A stretch of DNA of 64,000 nt, from contig NC_047070.1 in NCBI RefSeq assembly GCF_902459465.1, positions 11,160,001 to 11,224,000 on the forward strand, given 5' to 3'. This DNA is from Asterias rubens. Lineage: Eukaryota. Positions 24,468-36,901 of the stretch are shown piece after piece. The notes below the pieces were generated by a model, which was given only the letters and a program-made list of their open reading frames with translations, had not been told where the DNA came from and searched no databases. Every line of letters starts with the position of its first letter. Position 1 is the first letter of the stretch. A program made the position numbers and the translations under genes.

Positions 24468-24950
24468 CACTGTAAACAAAAATTCCGTTAATTTATGGAA
24501 AAAGTTCCGGCAGCACAATTACCGGAACTTTTTTAAGGTTCCGTAAATTTTACGGAGTCTTTTTTAACGAAATTATTTAAATATTGCGGAGAAAAACTGT
24601 ATTTTTAACGGAATTAACACAAAAATAATTCCGTACAAATACGACAAAAAAAATTTGTCCGTAAAAAGAAAATCCATATTTTTACGGAGTGAATGGTATA
24701 ATTCCGTACAAATATGGCAAAAAAAAATTGTCCGTAAAAACAAAATCTGTATATTTACGGGATATATTGTATTTTTACGGGGTTAACATAAAACCTATTC
24801 CGTAAAAATATGGAAAAGACATTTCCAAGTTTTTTCTGTAAAAATAAAATTCTTGAATTTACGGATAAAATTAACCCCCAAAAATCAATAATTAAAAAAA
24901 AGTAATGTTTTCCATAAAAAAACCAAGGAAAGTTTTGTTTCATAAACAGA
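24468..24950. mobile_element. CACTA-type terminus (CACTGTAAA) with tccgtaaa/tttacgga subterminal repeats
   Basis: Starts cactgtaaacaaaaattccg, followed by more than 10 tccgt/acgga motifs in both orientations within A/T runs; partner end not found. Confidence 0.6.
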
Positions 24951-26956
24951 TGCCCTGCATGCCAATCCATATCTTAACATGTTGACCTTGGTGGTCCAAA
25001 ACAATAGGCTTCTGGGGGAATCCAAGACCAATCCACACACCAAGTTTGGAGTTCATTTGTCACTCCTCCTTGACTTAAGCATTACATAGGAAGTGTAGAC
25101 CTGAGAACAAAAGAGATCCACACAAGACAGGGTTTTGACAAGGGATTGTGTGTATGTCGGAAATACATGCTCTTTGGTAGTGTCATCGGTATAAAAAATA
25201 TATGTAAATTTGCCGAGCAGAATTGCATGTCCAGAGACATGTAAACTTGAGTTCCATTTTGTTCTTTTCTGTGGTCATATGGGGATCATCATCAACGTCA
25301 AAGTAAAGAGGTCTTCCTGTACAGGGTCAAGAAATCTTAAGCGGTGGTTATAAACTGGAAGGAAGAAATCACAAACTTCATAGACACTTACATTGAACAA
25401 AATCATTAGTGAACAACTGAGGTTTAGGTATAGGCAGATCTTGAACATCAGGAATTAAATAAATGGAACAAATCATGCCCACAATAATAATTTCCAACAT
25501 CAATTAACAGCGTTTACAATCATATCTCAAAACCCAACACCAGTTTTTCCTGAGAAAGAAAATCTAAGGGATGTGCTCAGAGGGGGTTGCCCTCACCCCC
25601 ATCACTCTGACACACGTGTCCTGACCAACCCCCCAACCCCAAATTTGCAGGATCCACTCCTGGTTTTTATGCAAGACTCAATCCATTATGATTGCCTGCT
25701 TTCAAGTGCAACTGGGCCAACTTTCAAATATTAAAGTTACTTTCCATGCCAAATCTCAAATTTACTTAATATCAATGTATTATCAATGTGCAAAGGCATT
25801 TTGAATTTGTTTTTCCATGCTATAGCTATTTTATCTTGCCCCCCAACTGCAGTAAATATAAGCACTCTCTGACCTTTCAAGTGTTTTCAGAAAATAATTC
25901 ACTATCTATAGAGCAGATGTCTGAAACACTCGACCATTGAGTTCATCTAGTGATGAGAAGCCAACTCGAACAATTATAAACTCGAATCCTGTGTGGCAGC
26001 AGGAAACACAAACTTCTGCAGACCTCAAAAAGCAATGAGCACACAGTGCTTATAACTTAATGTCAGCACAGGGCAATACCATGTCAACACGGACAGGGGC
26101 CAACTTCATAGACATGCTGAGCAGACTAATCTGCTTAGAAATGAACAAATTTGCTAAGCAGAAACATGTTACATGTATCAGCAAAAAATGGTGACTGGTC
26201 CTCTGCTGATTTTCGCTTAGCCAGCTCATTGAAATTGGGCCCGTGTATTAAAAAAAAATGGGGGGGGGGGTAAGTACTGTAATTATTGTAACCTCTACAA
26301 ATTTTAAAAGAAAATGTTTTGCTACTTCCTCAGTTAAGTTTTGAATTAAGTCTATCAAAGTTACTGCTCATTTGTTTGTGTCCAGTCACTTTCGAAGAGG
26401 GCCATTGCAGTGGCCAGTGCAAAGACTTTACCACTGACATTGCCGTCTCTCTTCTTCACCCCAGTCTTTGACCCATCACTCGGATTTATTCCCATGAAGA
26501 ATCTGTGGGAGAAAAACATTAGAAGAATTATTTGACAAGTACGGTACATACTACTTTTGTTATTATCACTCATGCAATGACTACAATCTTTTCAAATTGT
26601 TTGTGGTGCCCTCTGGCTTTGCTCAGAAGACATCTGGTCTAGAATACAGAAAGTCGTGAGTTTGAATCCCAACTGATAAGGTAACCTGTGGATTGTTTTT
26701 TGGAGGTCACAGAGAGCAATGACATGTAGGGAAAAAATAAAAACAATACTCATTACCACAAATGCAATAAAGAAAAAACCCCAATAATATTCCATCTACA
26801 TGTAGGTGTCAAGATACATCAAACAGACTGCCCGGTCAAATAGCAGAGTGTTTAAAGCCCATCCTGCCAATCAAGTCAAAGGGCACCTTTAAATATTTCT
26901 GTTGGATAAAAATTTACCAACATTAATTGTTTACAATTAAATTATTTCAATGTTAA

Positions 26957-27341
26957 AGGCAGTGGACACTATTGGTAATTACTCAAAATAGTTATTAGCA
27001 TAAAACCTTTCTTGGTGACGAGTAATGGGGAGAGGTTGATGGTATAAAACATTGTGAGAAACGGCTCCCTCTATAGTGCCATAGTTTTCGAGAAAGAAGT
27101 AATTTTCCACAAATTTTATTTCGAGACCTCAAGTTTAGAACTTGAGGTCTCGAAATCAACTATCTAAACGCACACAACTTCGTGTGACAAGGGTGTTTTT
27201 TCTTTCATTATTATCTCGCAAGTTCGATGACCGATTTAGCTCAAATTTTCACAGGTTTGCTATTTTAGGCATATGTTGAGATACACTAACTGCAAACTGT
27301 GAAGGCTAGTCTTTGACAATTACCAATAGTGTCCACTGCCT
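26957..27341. mobile_element. MITE family A full copy (intronic in unit A)
   Basis: Perfect 24-bp TIRs, TTAA at 26953 and 27342. Confidence 0.9.
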
Positions 27342-27787
27342 TTAACAGGTTAAGACTGTTGCATTCCAGTCAAATTCAACTTACCTCTGAACAAAATCTA
27401 GGGTGCAGGATGCCTCCTTAGTGTAGTGAATGTTGAAAACATAGTAGGCTGCAAACATCGTGGTTAAAGCTTTGTCTGACTTCACCGAGTTGATGATATT
27501 GCCATCGATTGCAAGATAATGCTTAGCATTAGGCGAGTACATGTTTCCTACAACAAATTATATTAAATTTTCAGTATTCTACCTCAATTTTGAGAGGAAG
27601 GTAGATCATGAGTTTTTGGATGAAAACACTCAATCAAATGATCTAACTTTCAAAAAACAAATCATAAAACAAACCTGTGAAAATTTCATACGAATAGATA
27701 ACCATAATAAGCCTTTTGGATATTTGCATGCAATGGTTGTATTAAGTGGTGTTTGAAGCTTTGCATGGTGTTGAAAGTCAGAAGTAA

Positions 27788-28011
27788 CTATAAATAGTAG
27801 TAAACTTGCGGGTACAACCATGTGTAAAATTTCTTTTGGGAGGAGTGTTGGCTCTGAAACGAGCCGGTTTGGTCTTGACGTTTCCAACAGTATACTCTGC
27901 TTGTCTTCTCCTGAAGACGAGCAGAGTATACTGGCTCTTTTCAGAGCCAACACTCCTCCCAAAAGAGATTTTACACATGGTTTGTACCCGCAAGTTTACT
28001 ACTATTTATAG
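27788..28011. mobile_element. Foldback MITE with ~80-bp arms (intronic in unit A)
   Basis: ctataaatagtagtaaacttgcgggtacaaccatgtgtaaaatttcttttgggaggagtgttggctctgaaa is mirrored at 27938-28011. Confidence 0.85.
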
Positions 28012-28572
28012 GTATGTACTTCTTAATGGTTGTATTGTTCGCATGCTTGGAACAAATGATACAAAATACAAAATATACCACTAAGAAGTTGATATAAAAT
28101 TCCTTTTTTTTTTCATTTTGTATTTTAGTAAAATATTTCAGTGTTTGTATGATTCTGAAGTTTAAAGGGTTTTAGGGTCCACCCAAAAAACTTACCGATA
28201 ACTGCAATGCAGGGTGTAGAGGGAAGGTCACTGATGTCATTTCTTGTCACCATGTCCTACAAATGCATAAATGTTTATGACTAAAGTTAGTAAAAAAATC
28301 AACCCTCAGTAACCTGTTAAAACAACCAACAGCAAGGTTAGGAAGATTATTTGTACCAAACTTGGCTTTGAAATAATTTATCCACAACAAAATATTGACA
28401 AGCTAGTTGCCGAAGTTGAATTGTGCTTCACTGGTGTGAATGTTTCATGCGAATCTGCAATATTTACATTACAATTAGCTTTGCATTCTCATTCACGTGA
28501 AGTAAAGTACGACCCTGGCTTAAGTCTGGCAGGAGAACTCAAAAAATCTAGTATCATTATTCCTTTTGTTAA

Positions 28573-28938
28573 AGGCACTGTACACGTTTGGTAATTACTC
28601 AAAATATATATTAGCAAAAAAAGTTACTTGGTAACGAGCAACAGAGAGCTGTTGATAGTATAACACATTGGGAGAATCGACTCCCTCTTAAGTAACATAG
28701 TATTTGAGAAATAGGTAATTTCTCACTAAAATATTAAAAGACTTCAGCTGAAGCCTTTTATTTCTATCTGAAAGCAAACATATTTGTACAACAAGGGTGT
28801 TATTTATTTCATAATTTTCTTGCAACTGTGATGACCAATTGAGCCCAAATTTTCACAGGCTTGTTATTTTGTGCATATGTTGGGATACACCAAGTGAGAA
28901 TACTGGTCTTTGACAATTACCAAACGTGTCCAGTGCCT
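28573..28938. mobile_element. MITE family A-related copy (intronic in unit A)
   Basis: aggcactgtacacgtttggtaatt / aattaccaaacgtgtccagtgcct, TTAA on both sides. Confidence 0.85.
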
Positions 28939-30217
28939 TTAAGCAACTTCAAATGAGTTGAGTATACAATGTACACATGTACATGTACATGTACTGTACT
29001 TACATCATAGCAGCGGATGAGAACATATATATCTTCTTTAAAATATGCAGCTACATGTAGAAGACAGGGTAGACATTGGATAACTGCCAGCTTATTCTGT
29101 TGTTTGCTTACAGTGGTTTTGATCTGATGAACAACTTCTACCAATGATGCAGGGTTACTCTTGGTTTTGAGATATTCAAACAGCCTGGATGCCTTTGACA
29201 TAAGAGAATCATTTAGTAACTCTTGTAAGTCAATCCCTGTTAGGGAGTGGAAATGGTCTAAGAGCCATTTCTCCTCAGCAAGGAAAGGCCACTGCTTAAG
29301 AACATCCTCAACGCTCTTTCCATTGTTTATTTCAAAGCGTTGTGTGCTGTACGTGGCTTTCATGTTGTCATCCACGGTTTGTGTACACCATGGCAGTTTT
29401 TCATACTCATCCTTCAGCAGTTCCCTTTTCTGCTCTTGTGTGTCATGCGACTCCCCTTCCAGAAAATCTGGGTTGCCACTGACCCTTTACACATCCATAG
29501 CTGTTGAATTTTGTTTTCGATTTCTTATGCAATGATTCACTTTCATTAGAAGTTGAAGCTTGTTTATGGAGGCGATTAAGACCTGATTGCCTTTGGAGGT
29601 TTTCCGTTCTACTTTCTAACTGTTGCAGCAAAGTAGACGATCCATCGCCTATTGTCACACCATTGATAGTATCAGCGAAAGATTTGCTGAATTTTCGAAC
29701 AACTTGTTGTGCAACAATTCGCAGTTCTTTTCTCTTAGGGGTCACATGCACTCCGTTGATTTCATCCATAATTATTCTTATTGCTCTCCTGTCCTTTGGG
29801 TCAGGCTTTTGTCCTTTCTTGCAAGCTTCAATAAGTTTTGCAGGGAGTTTATGCCAAGGTACTTTGTACGTCTGTGACCAATCTGTTGATGAAGGCTTGG
29901 GTGAGTCATCTCTGGGGTAGTTGTCACTTGCAGGCTCTATCGCAGTTGATGTGCCTTGTTGTGACGAGGAAGGTCCTTGAGGTGTGCTGGTTTCATCAGG
30001 TTCATTGTTGGTGGCTGGCGCTGTTAACAGACCTCGCCTCCGGCTCGGTCCATTAACAGCGCCAGCCACCAACCCGGTCATTACCACGCAGTGAAGACCG
30101 CGTACTCGCACTGTTATTCCCTAATTAATAATTTTTAATTCTTACAGTTAGGCAAGGGACAAATCAGTTAACCCATCTGATATTGCTGTGTGCCACTACG
30201 TAGGCCTTATACTTTCA

Positions 30218-30590
30218 AGGAACATTACAGAATTGGTAAATGTAAAGTATACTTTTGATCACAGATTTACATAAAACTTACACGGTCTAATGATGATAGT
30301 AGAAAACATCCCTTGAAATATGTCTGTCTGAAATGCCATAGTTGATGAGAAATGAACAAACTAATTTTCCGATTGGAGTTTATCGCTCAGTGAGCGTTTT
30401 ATTCATTTGTTGAACCTATATGATTTCATGCAAATGTGTGATCGGTTTTTCACTATTTTCTCGTGACCCAGATGGCCGATCGATCTCAAACTTCTACAGG
30501 TTTGTCAGTTTATGTATATGGTGGATTACATAAAGTGCTAACACTGCCAGCAACTGTTTTGTTAGCAAAAACCAATTATGTAATGTTCCT
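30218..30590. mobile_element. Third Kolobok-like MITE family
   Basis: TIR aggaacattacagaattggt / accaattatgtaatgttcct; flanks only partly match TTAA. Confidence 0.7.
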
Positions 30591-33500
30591 TTTTAAGGAG
30601 GCAACATTTCCTTGGTGCCCCTTGAAATATTTCAATAGCAATTTACAATTTCCTTATAAAGGTGCCTTTTACCTGAATCAAACATTTACAATATAACAAA
30701 AACTGGAAAGACCCAATGTCAAGTTGCACTTTATTTTCTCACCTACATGTATTATCAAAATATGGAGCTGCGTCACATCTCATCACTTACTCTTTAGGAT
30801 CTCTGGCTGGAGTCGATGACGCAACTGGGACAGGAAGTGTGTCATCACACTCAATTTCTGGTGTGGGACCTTTTGAAGAGTGTGACTTGGTTAACACGAT
30901 GCCGGAGTCATGAAGACGTCGCCTTCTTGTCACATCCTAATTGTTTTTAATCAATCCAAAAACATTTATTAATTTTATAACGCATACTAGTTGATCAGGT
31001 TTCATTAAAACAAAAAAAACAAAAAACAAATTATTAAAGGAAAAGACAGTGGCACCAGAGATTTTTCTGAAGGATAGTGTTAATTTCAACAGCCACACTC
31101 CAAAAATGCATCACAATTATTTAAACACTTTTTGGTTACACTCTTATCACAATTGTGTTGACTGGCAAACTTTCCAAACTTGTTTTCATACACATATATT
31201 TAGATTGTTTGTGACCTGTTCAAATTGCAGTGTACAGTGCTTATTAATTTGTTGTGTATCAAACAGTTATTTGGTGTATACTCATAACATTACAATGCTA
31301 CAAGACATGGTAACCATTTTATCATAAGGCAGCAGCAGTAGGGAACATGCAATGTGCACATTGTAATATTCTGTCAAGGGGATGGTCTGGTTTCTATGTA
31401 CTATGTTGCCAATGGTAAGTTACTATAAGGCGACTGGTCAGGCTTATGATACAGGTCTCCAGCATACTCCTTACACCTGAACTTTATGACATCAAGTTCT
31501 TTTAGCAATTTCACATCCTTGCTTTTGATGTTAGAGGTGTTTTGATAACATATGTTTGCTTCTGTAGATGTCACCCTTTGCTGACTTAGCTGAAAAAGTA
31601 ACTTGTGAAAAGTTTTCGTAAATGAATTGCAACCTGGTTACAAGAGAGGCCGTAAGCCTGCTTGGGGTTTCGTTTCTGCACAACATAATGTGGTTTGTGT
31701 TTTTAGCACCTTTGCATAAAGAGCGACAACAAGATGGTTGTTTAATTGGGAATTGTCAAAAAACCTTCATCACTATTTTTTTCAAAAGGCTTACAAATAG
31801 TGGTTTAAAGAATCTACTGAACAACAAATAATTATTTGTTACACATGTCATTCCCAAATATGTGTTATAAATGAAATGCACCATCTGCTGAAGACTTAAA
31901 AGAAACACTGATGAAAAAATACTTACCAATTTCGGATCGACAAAATCGTCATCTGAATCACTGTCCTGAAAAAAGGATGAGATATATATTATGAGATCTA
32001 AATACAGATGGGGATTTCAGACATCATCCAAAAGTGCGAAGAATTAAAAGTACAACCTCCATGAACATTTTGACGAACGATGTGATTATTCAGTTCCGTT
32101 TGCTGCATAATATGCAAATGCTTAAATAATTGAATTGATTTCCTGACAATGAGTTTTGCCGACCCATTACTTTTTATATTACAATGCATAAACTTGTGTC
32201 AACAGCACAGCAATATCACTGAAAAGGGAAAACATTTGGAAAACATCACTGGGACACAAATAGTACAGGAAAAAATGAAGTTTGTACCAACTGATAATGA
32301 ACAAATGCCGCAGAAAGGTGAAAGTGACATTTTTAAAAATTTTTTTAAAAGAGATTGTGGTTTGTATCTGTTAGCAAAGTGACAATGTGGATAACAAAGT
32401 TTCAATGTGGACATGGTGGATAACAAATTTACAATGTAGATAACATGTGTTGCATGATTTAAAATAAAAATGTTTTACTCACTGGAGGACTGACGATGTC
32501 CTTTGTCAGGAGATAGATTCTTTTTCTTTGGGTTTTGCAGTACTGACAATAGGTGCCCACTGTGAAATTACTTGGTCCATCCGGTAGTGTCAAGGTTGAC
32601 TTTATTGGGTCACCTACATAGTTCGCAAGAGATCTTTCGAGTTGCTTTAGCCTTTGTTTACCGTTTTTCCCATCTGGAAAAAACACTTCTTCTATTTTCT
32701 GTACACACTCGTCATAGTTGAGATTGGCTTCCATGTATAGATTCGTTGTCCCCCCACCCTTTACTGAGTATACTTGTTTGTACACCTTTTCAGACTTGTT
32801 ATAGTGCTTCCACCCAGCGCTTAAGCATAATTTGCTTGACTGCTGAAAATAATTAACACACAAAAGTCAAACATTAAAACCAGTTGTACAATTGTACGTG
32901 TGTCCGGAAAATCAATTTTGACAAAGCATCTTGTCAATCTTCTGAGGTTCTATTGGAACAGGCTGTCGTTATCACAGTTTGTATTTTTAGCCATGTGCAA
33001 ATGGTACAAATATGATCACAACAATTAAACAAGGTTATAAAACCTTCATTGAAGAAAAATTAGCGCTGGCGTCACACCAATCATCAAGTTGATACATATG
33101 TTGACTGTCGAACAGACAGGGACAAATGCAATCTTTACCACTAATATTAACAATATTGCAACTTTTAAGGGTTGGCTGACAACTGTGTGCTACTGTCTTT
33201 CAATTCAAAAATGTACATAAATGACTCTTCATCTTCAATGAATGTAAGTACAAATTTGTTGTACATCCTATTTCTTTTTTGACCCGCTGAATGGGCTACA
33301 TATACTTACGAGTACATTGCTTCGCGAACAGCTCGCTCCTTCGTTGATCTTGGACGACCTTTTCTTTTTATTATCTCCAATATGCTGTATCAGCTTTAAT
33401 ATCCCTTTAGGTGTCGCAGTATTATTACCTGCAGTTTAAAAATACAACATAGACAAATAACACTTAAGATCAACACAAAATGTGTTCAGTCCGATGTTAT

Positions 33501-35458
33501 TGGGTATTTTTTTCCATGTGCCCCTTAAGAGTATATTAATATGAGCTGGAAGAGGTCTAGCCAAAAGGCTATAACAATGTTAGTCAAGTCTTGGGAACAC
33601 AAAATAAATTTTTTTTTAGAACTTTCAAAAACAAAGAATAAATGACAGACTTCATTGGCATTGTACTTTTTAAGATTTTAAGAGTAGACAAAAAGTGTAG
33701 TTAAGGCCAAAATTTATTACCCACAATCTTCTTGCATCTAGTTTTTAACTGATATCTCTGGCCGATGAGGGAGACCCCTAGCTGTATCAGATGCTCATCG
33801 GTCATTTCTGGCACAACCTCTGTTGTAACCTGAAATACAAGCACAAACAGAAATGAGAAAAGTCAAACATAAAAAGTATAGTGTATATGGAATGTTTAGC
33901 ATCCAATTGAGAATATTTTTGATTTATCTGAATGGATGACAACTCCTCAGACCTAGGTACAATCCACTTCAAATACAACACAAGATGGAAAATTTTAATT
34001 ATATACATATTTTTCTCTGTGGTGTAACAACTTGGGTGATTTTACAGTTCTTTTTATAACAAATTTTAGTATTAAGCAATTATCAAATGCTATTATGGAA
34101 ATTTATTAATGGATGGTTGTGATGGAAAATGGTCCTTTTCTTTGGCAACTGCACCTGCATGGTAGGCTGTCATAATGCATAGTCCCATTTTGTAATTAGC
34201 ACTGACCAGTATAAGTCTAATCCACGTCATTACTTTACAGGTTACAATGGACATATCCCCGTTTGATTGACCCTTTCATGAATTAATTTTATAAATTGAA
34301 CTTACGCATATGGAATGTTTGATACACATAAAACCTTGGTGCAGGGACTGGGGCATTTGGTCACAACGTTGTTTGGAGTTGAAGCCCTAATCTTCCAGAA
34401 AGACAAGGGCTTAGTTTTAAAAGTTTATTGGACTTTCCAGCCCGGGCTCCCTGCACTGCTCATCATCATCAATCTTTCAATGTATTAGTTTGCTCATATT
34501 AGAAAATTTGTTATGGGAACCGCCTCCAGTGTTTTATCTCGTGATGTAATTTTGTACTAAAGATTCACCCCCACTCTACCCCCTTATTAGCGCTAATTGA
34601 AGTTCATAGGTTATATGGTGGGATTTATTTTCAACTTATCCGGACTCTACCGTGCTACACCCAAATCGTTGGTCATTACCTGTTGATCTTCGAATGCCTT
34701 TGTGCATGCCTGTAGACCCATTTCTTGGAGGATATCTCTTATCTAAAGAATTACAAAAGTTAGAAAAATAAACAGTTATTTCCCAACATTCAGTGTTCTA
34801 CTCATCAATCATGATTATGATATTGTTAATATTAGTTGTTAATGTTGTTGCTGGGTGCTTCTTGTCACAGTGCTAACCCGTCCGGCCGGGTAGGTATATC
34901 TACTTAAAATAAGTGGTATTGTAATTAAGTTGAACATTTCAATTGCCTCTTGACCCAGACCCACGTCATCACGCAGGCAGGGCTGTTTACAGTTTAGACC
35001 CTGTCTAGTAATACTACATGTACAGTACTACGTAATACTAATAGTACTAGTATATATATCGTGAGTGAGCATAGTACTAAATAGTAACGTAACTTTAAAG
35101 ATTACACAACGACCTAGGATCGGGATTGACTTTTTCGATAATATTATTATTAATAATGAGAAAAGGGCAAATATAAATATTTGGTTTAAAAAACTCACAC
35201 TTTCTTTCTCCGTCTCCTTGTGACGACTCATGATCCCCGACGGACAGTTCAAATTAGCATAAAATAGGCTTACTACAATCAAAAATCAACAGTCAATAGC
35301 ACGAAAACAGTCATGAATTATGACAGTCACGCGCGAAGATAAATTAGTCTGACCCTATTTATATATGCCTGTACGTCTTGATTCCAGACTTGGTGCTTCA
35401 ACCCCCCAGATCAGTAGACATTTTATTCAAAGGTATGCGACAATGGTATGCAATAAAA

Positions 35459-36010
35459 TTCACGACATCGCGAATATATTCGCAGACGAGTGCGCACATA
35501 TTCGCGATTTGGTTCACGACATTGCATACCGTGTGCGCACACATTCAGGATTTGTTTCACGACATTGCATACGTGTGCGCACATATTCGCGATTTGGTTC
35601 ACGACATTGCATACGTGTGCGCACACATTCGCGATTTGGTTTACGACATAGCATACGTGTGCGCATATATTCGCGATTTGATTCACGACGTTGCATACGT
35701 GTGCGCACACATTCGCGAATTGGTTTACGACATTGCATACGTGTGCGCATATATTCGCGATTTGGTTCACGACATTGCATACGTGTGCGCACATATTCGC
35801 GATTTGGTTCACGACATTGCATACGTGTGCGCATATATTCGCGATTTGGTTCATGACATTGCATACGTGTGCGCACACATTCGCGATTTGTTTCGTGACA
35901 TTGCATACATGTGCGCATATATTCGCGATTTGGTTCACGACATTACATACTTGTGCGCACACATTCGCGAATTGTTTCACGACATTGCATACGTGTGCGC
36001 ACACGTATGC
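35459..36010. repeat. CpG-rich 42-bp minisatellite, about 13 units
   Basis: Consensus cacgacattgcatacgtgtgcgcacatattcgcgatttggtt, with no variable spacers. Confidence 0.95.
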
Positions 36011-36901
36011 GATGTGCGATGTCCCTTCGGGGCCACCATAGATTGCACATAATTTTTTAGATTGCGTTGTTTTGGAGAAGATAAATGTTTTTTGACAGGT
36101 ATTTCCTTACACGCACCCTGTTTGCCTATCATAGCAAACCAACAAAACAAAGCATTCATTAATCAACCAATACAAAATGCTTAAACATTAAAGTTTGGAA
36201 AACTACAAAATGCTTTGATATGAGCAGGCTAAATCTATCCTTCAAACAAACACTATTGAATAGGAAAACACCGATCAAAACCTGTCAAAACATATGTGGC
36301 TCACCCAATAATGTCAAACTAGAACATTTAATAGCAATTATTGTAACCACATGCAATTTACTGACTAATACAATAAAATACGTGTATTCTGCAGAACATT
36401 CCTCAATGGGAAAACACTCAAGCAATGATTACAATTAAACACCTACTGCACAACAATTATTTCACAAAATTCTTTGCGCATGTATATGATGCTGTGGTAA
36501 CATACATGTATTACATGTGCACTCCTAAAGCACGTACCAGTAGAATTACGAAATATTTTCGCTTTCAAAAAACACAATTTTCCTACTTGAATAATACAAG
36601 AGAAAAATAATGGGCCAAACTGGTTTAAAGGTAAGGTACATCTTTGGTAATTACTCCATAAATGAATGGCCATAAAACCTTACTTGGTAAGCACTGAAGA
36701 GCTGTAGGTACTGTAGTATCAAACATTGTGCGCAACGATTCCCTTTGAAGTAATGTGGTTTTGGAGAAAGAGATCATTTTTCACCTAAGATATTTGAATC
36801 CGAGAAGCCATTCTCACATAATGAAAAAAACCATGCAGTTTCAGCAGCTCACATGGAAATAACCATATTTTTTCGCCGATATCTCTAAAGCACAAAATTT
36901 C

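Larger units (their letters stand above)
26361..35231 (-). pseudogene. Transposon-type SAM-domain / SAMD3-like multi-exon gene (unit A). Exons 35231-35199, 34742-34680, 33829-33721, 33428-33310, 32842-32483, 31965-31927, [unresolved 31.8-31.45 kb], ~30935-30791, ~30110-29004, 28256-28196, 27547-27385, 26502-26361
   Basis: The first six exons splice in frame: MSRHKETEKES|IRDILQEMGLQACTKAFEDQQ|VTTEVVPEMTDEHLIQLGVSLIGQRYQLKTRCKKIV (SAM fold) ... GWKHY...YKQV.SVKGGGT...VFFPDGK...RIYLLTK. The 3' exons give MKATYSTQRFEIN...WPFL...HFHSLTGIDL, DLPSTPCIAVIG, MFAAYYVFNIHY.KEASCTLDFVQRFFMGINP. There is a +1 frameshift at the ggg at 29470-29472. The 5' and 3' halves could be two genes. Confidence 0.75.

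Noticed and set aside
35365-36052. Five overlapping ORFs with 14-aa Cys/His repeats (e.g. HDIAYVCAHIRDLV), and a possible CRISPR array
   Set aside because: They arise from a stop-poor 42-bp minisatellite that is open in most frames on both strands. There are no unique spacers and no cas genes, and the context is eukaryotic.
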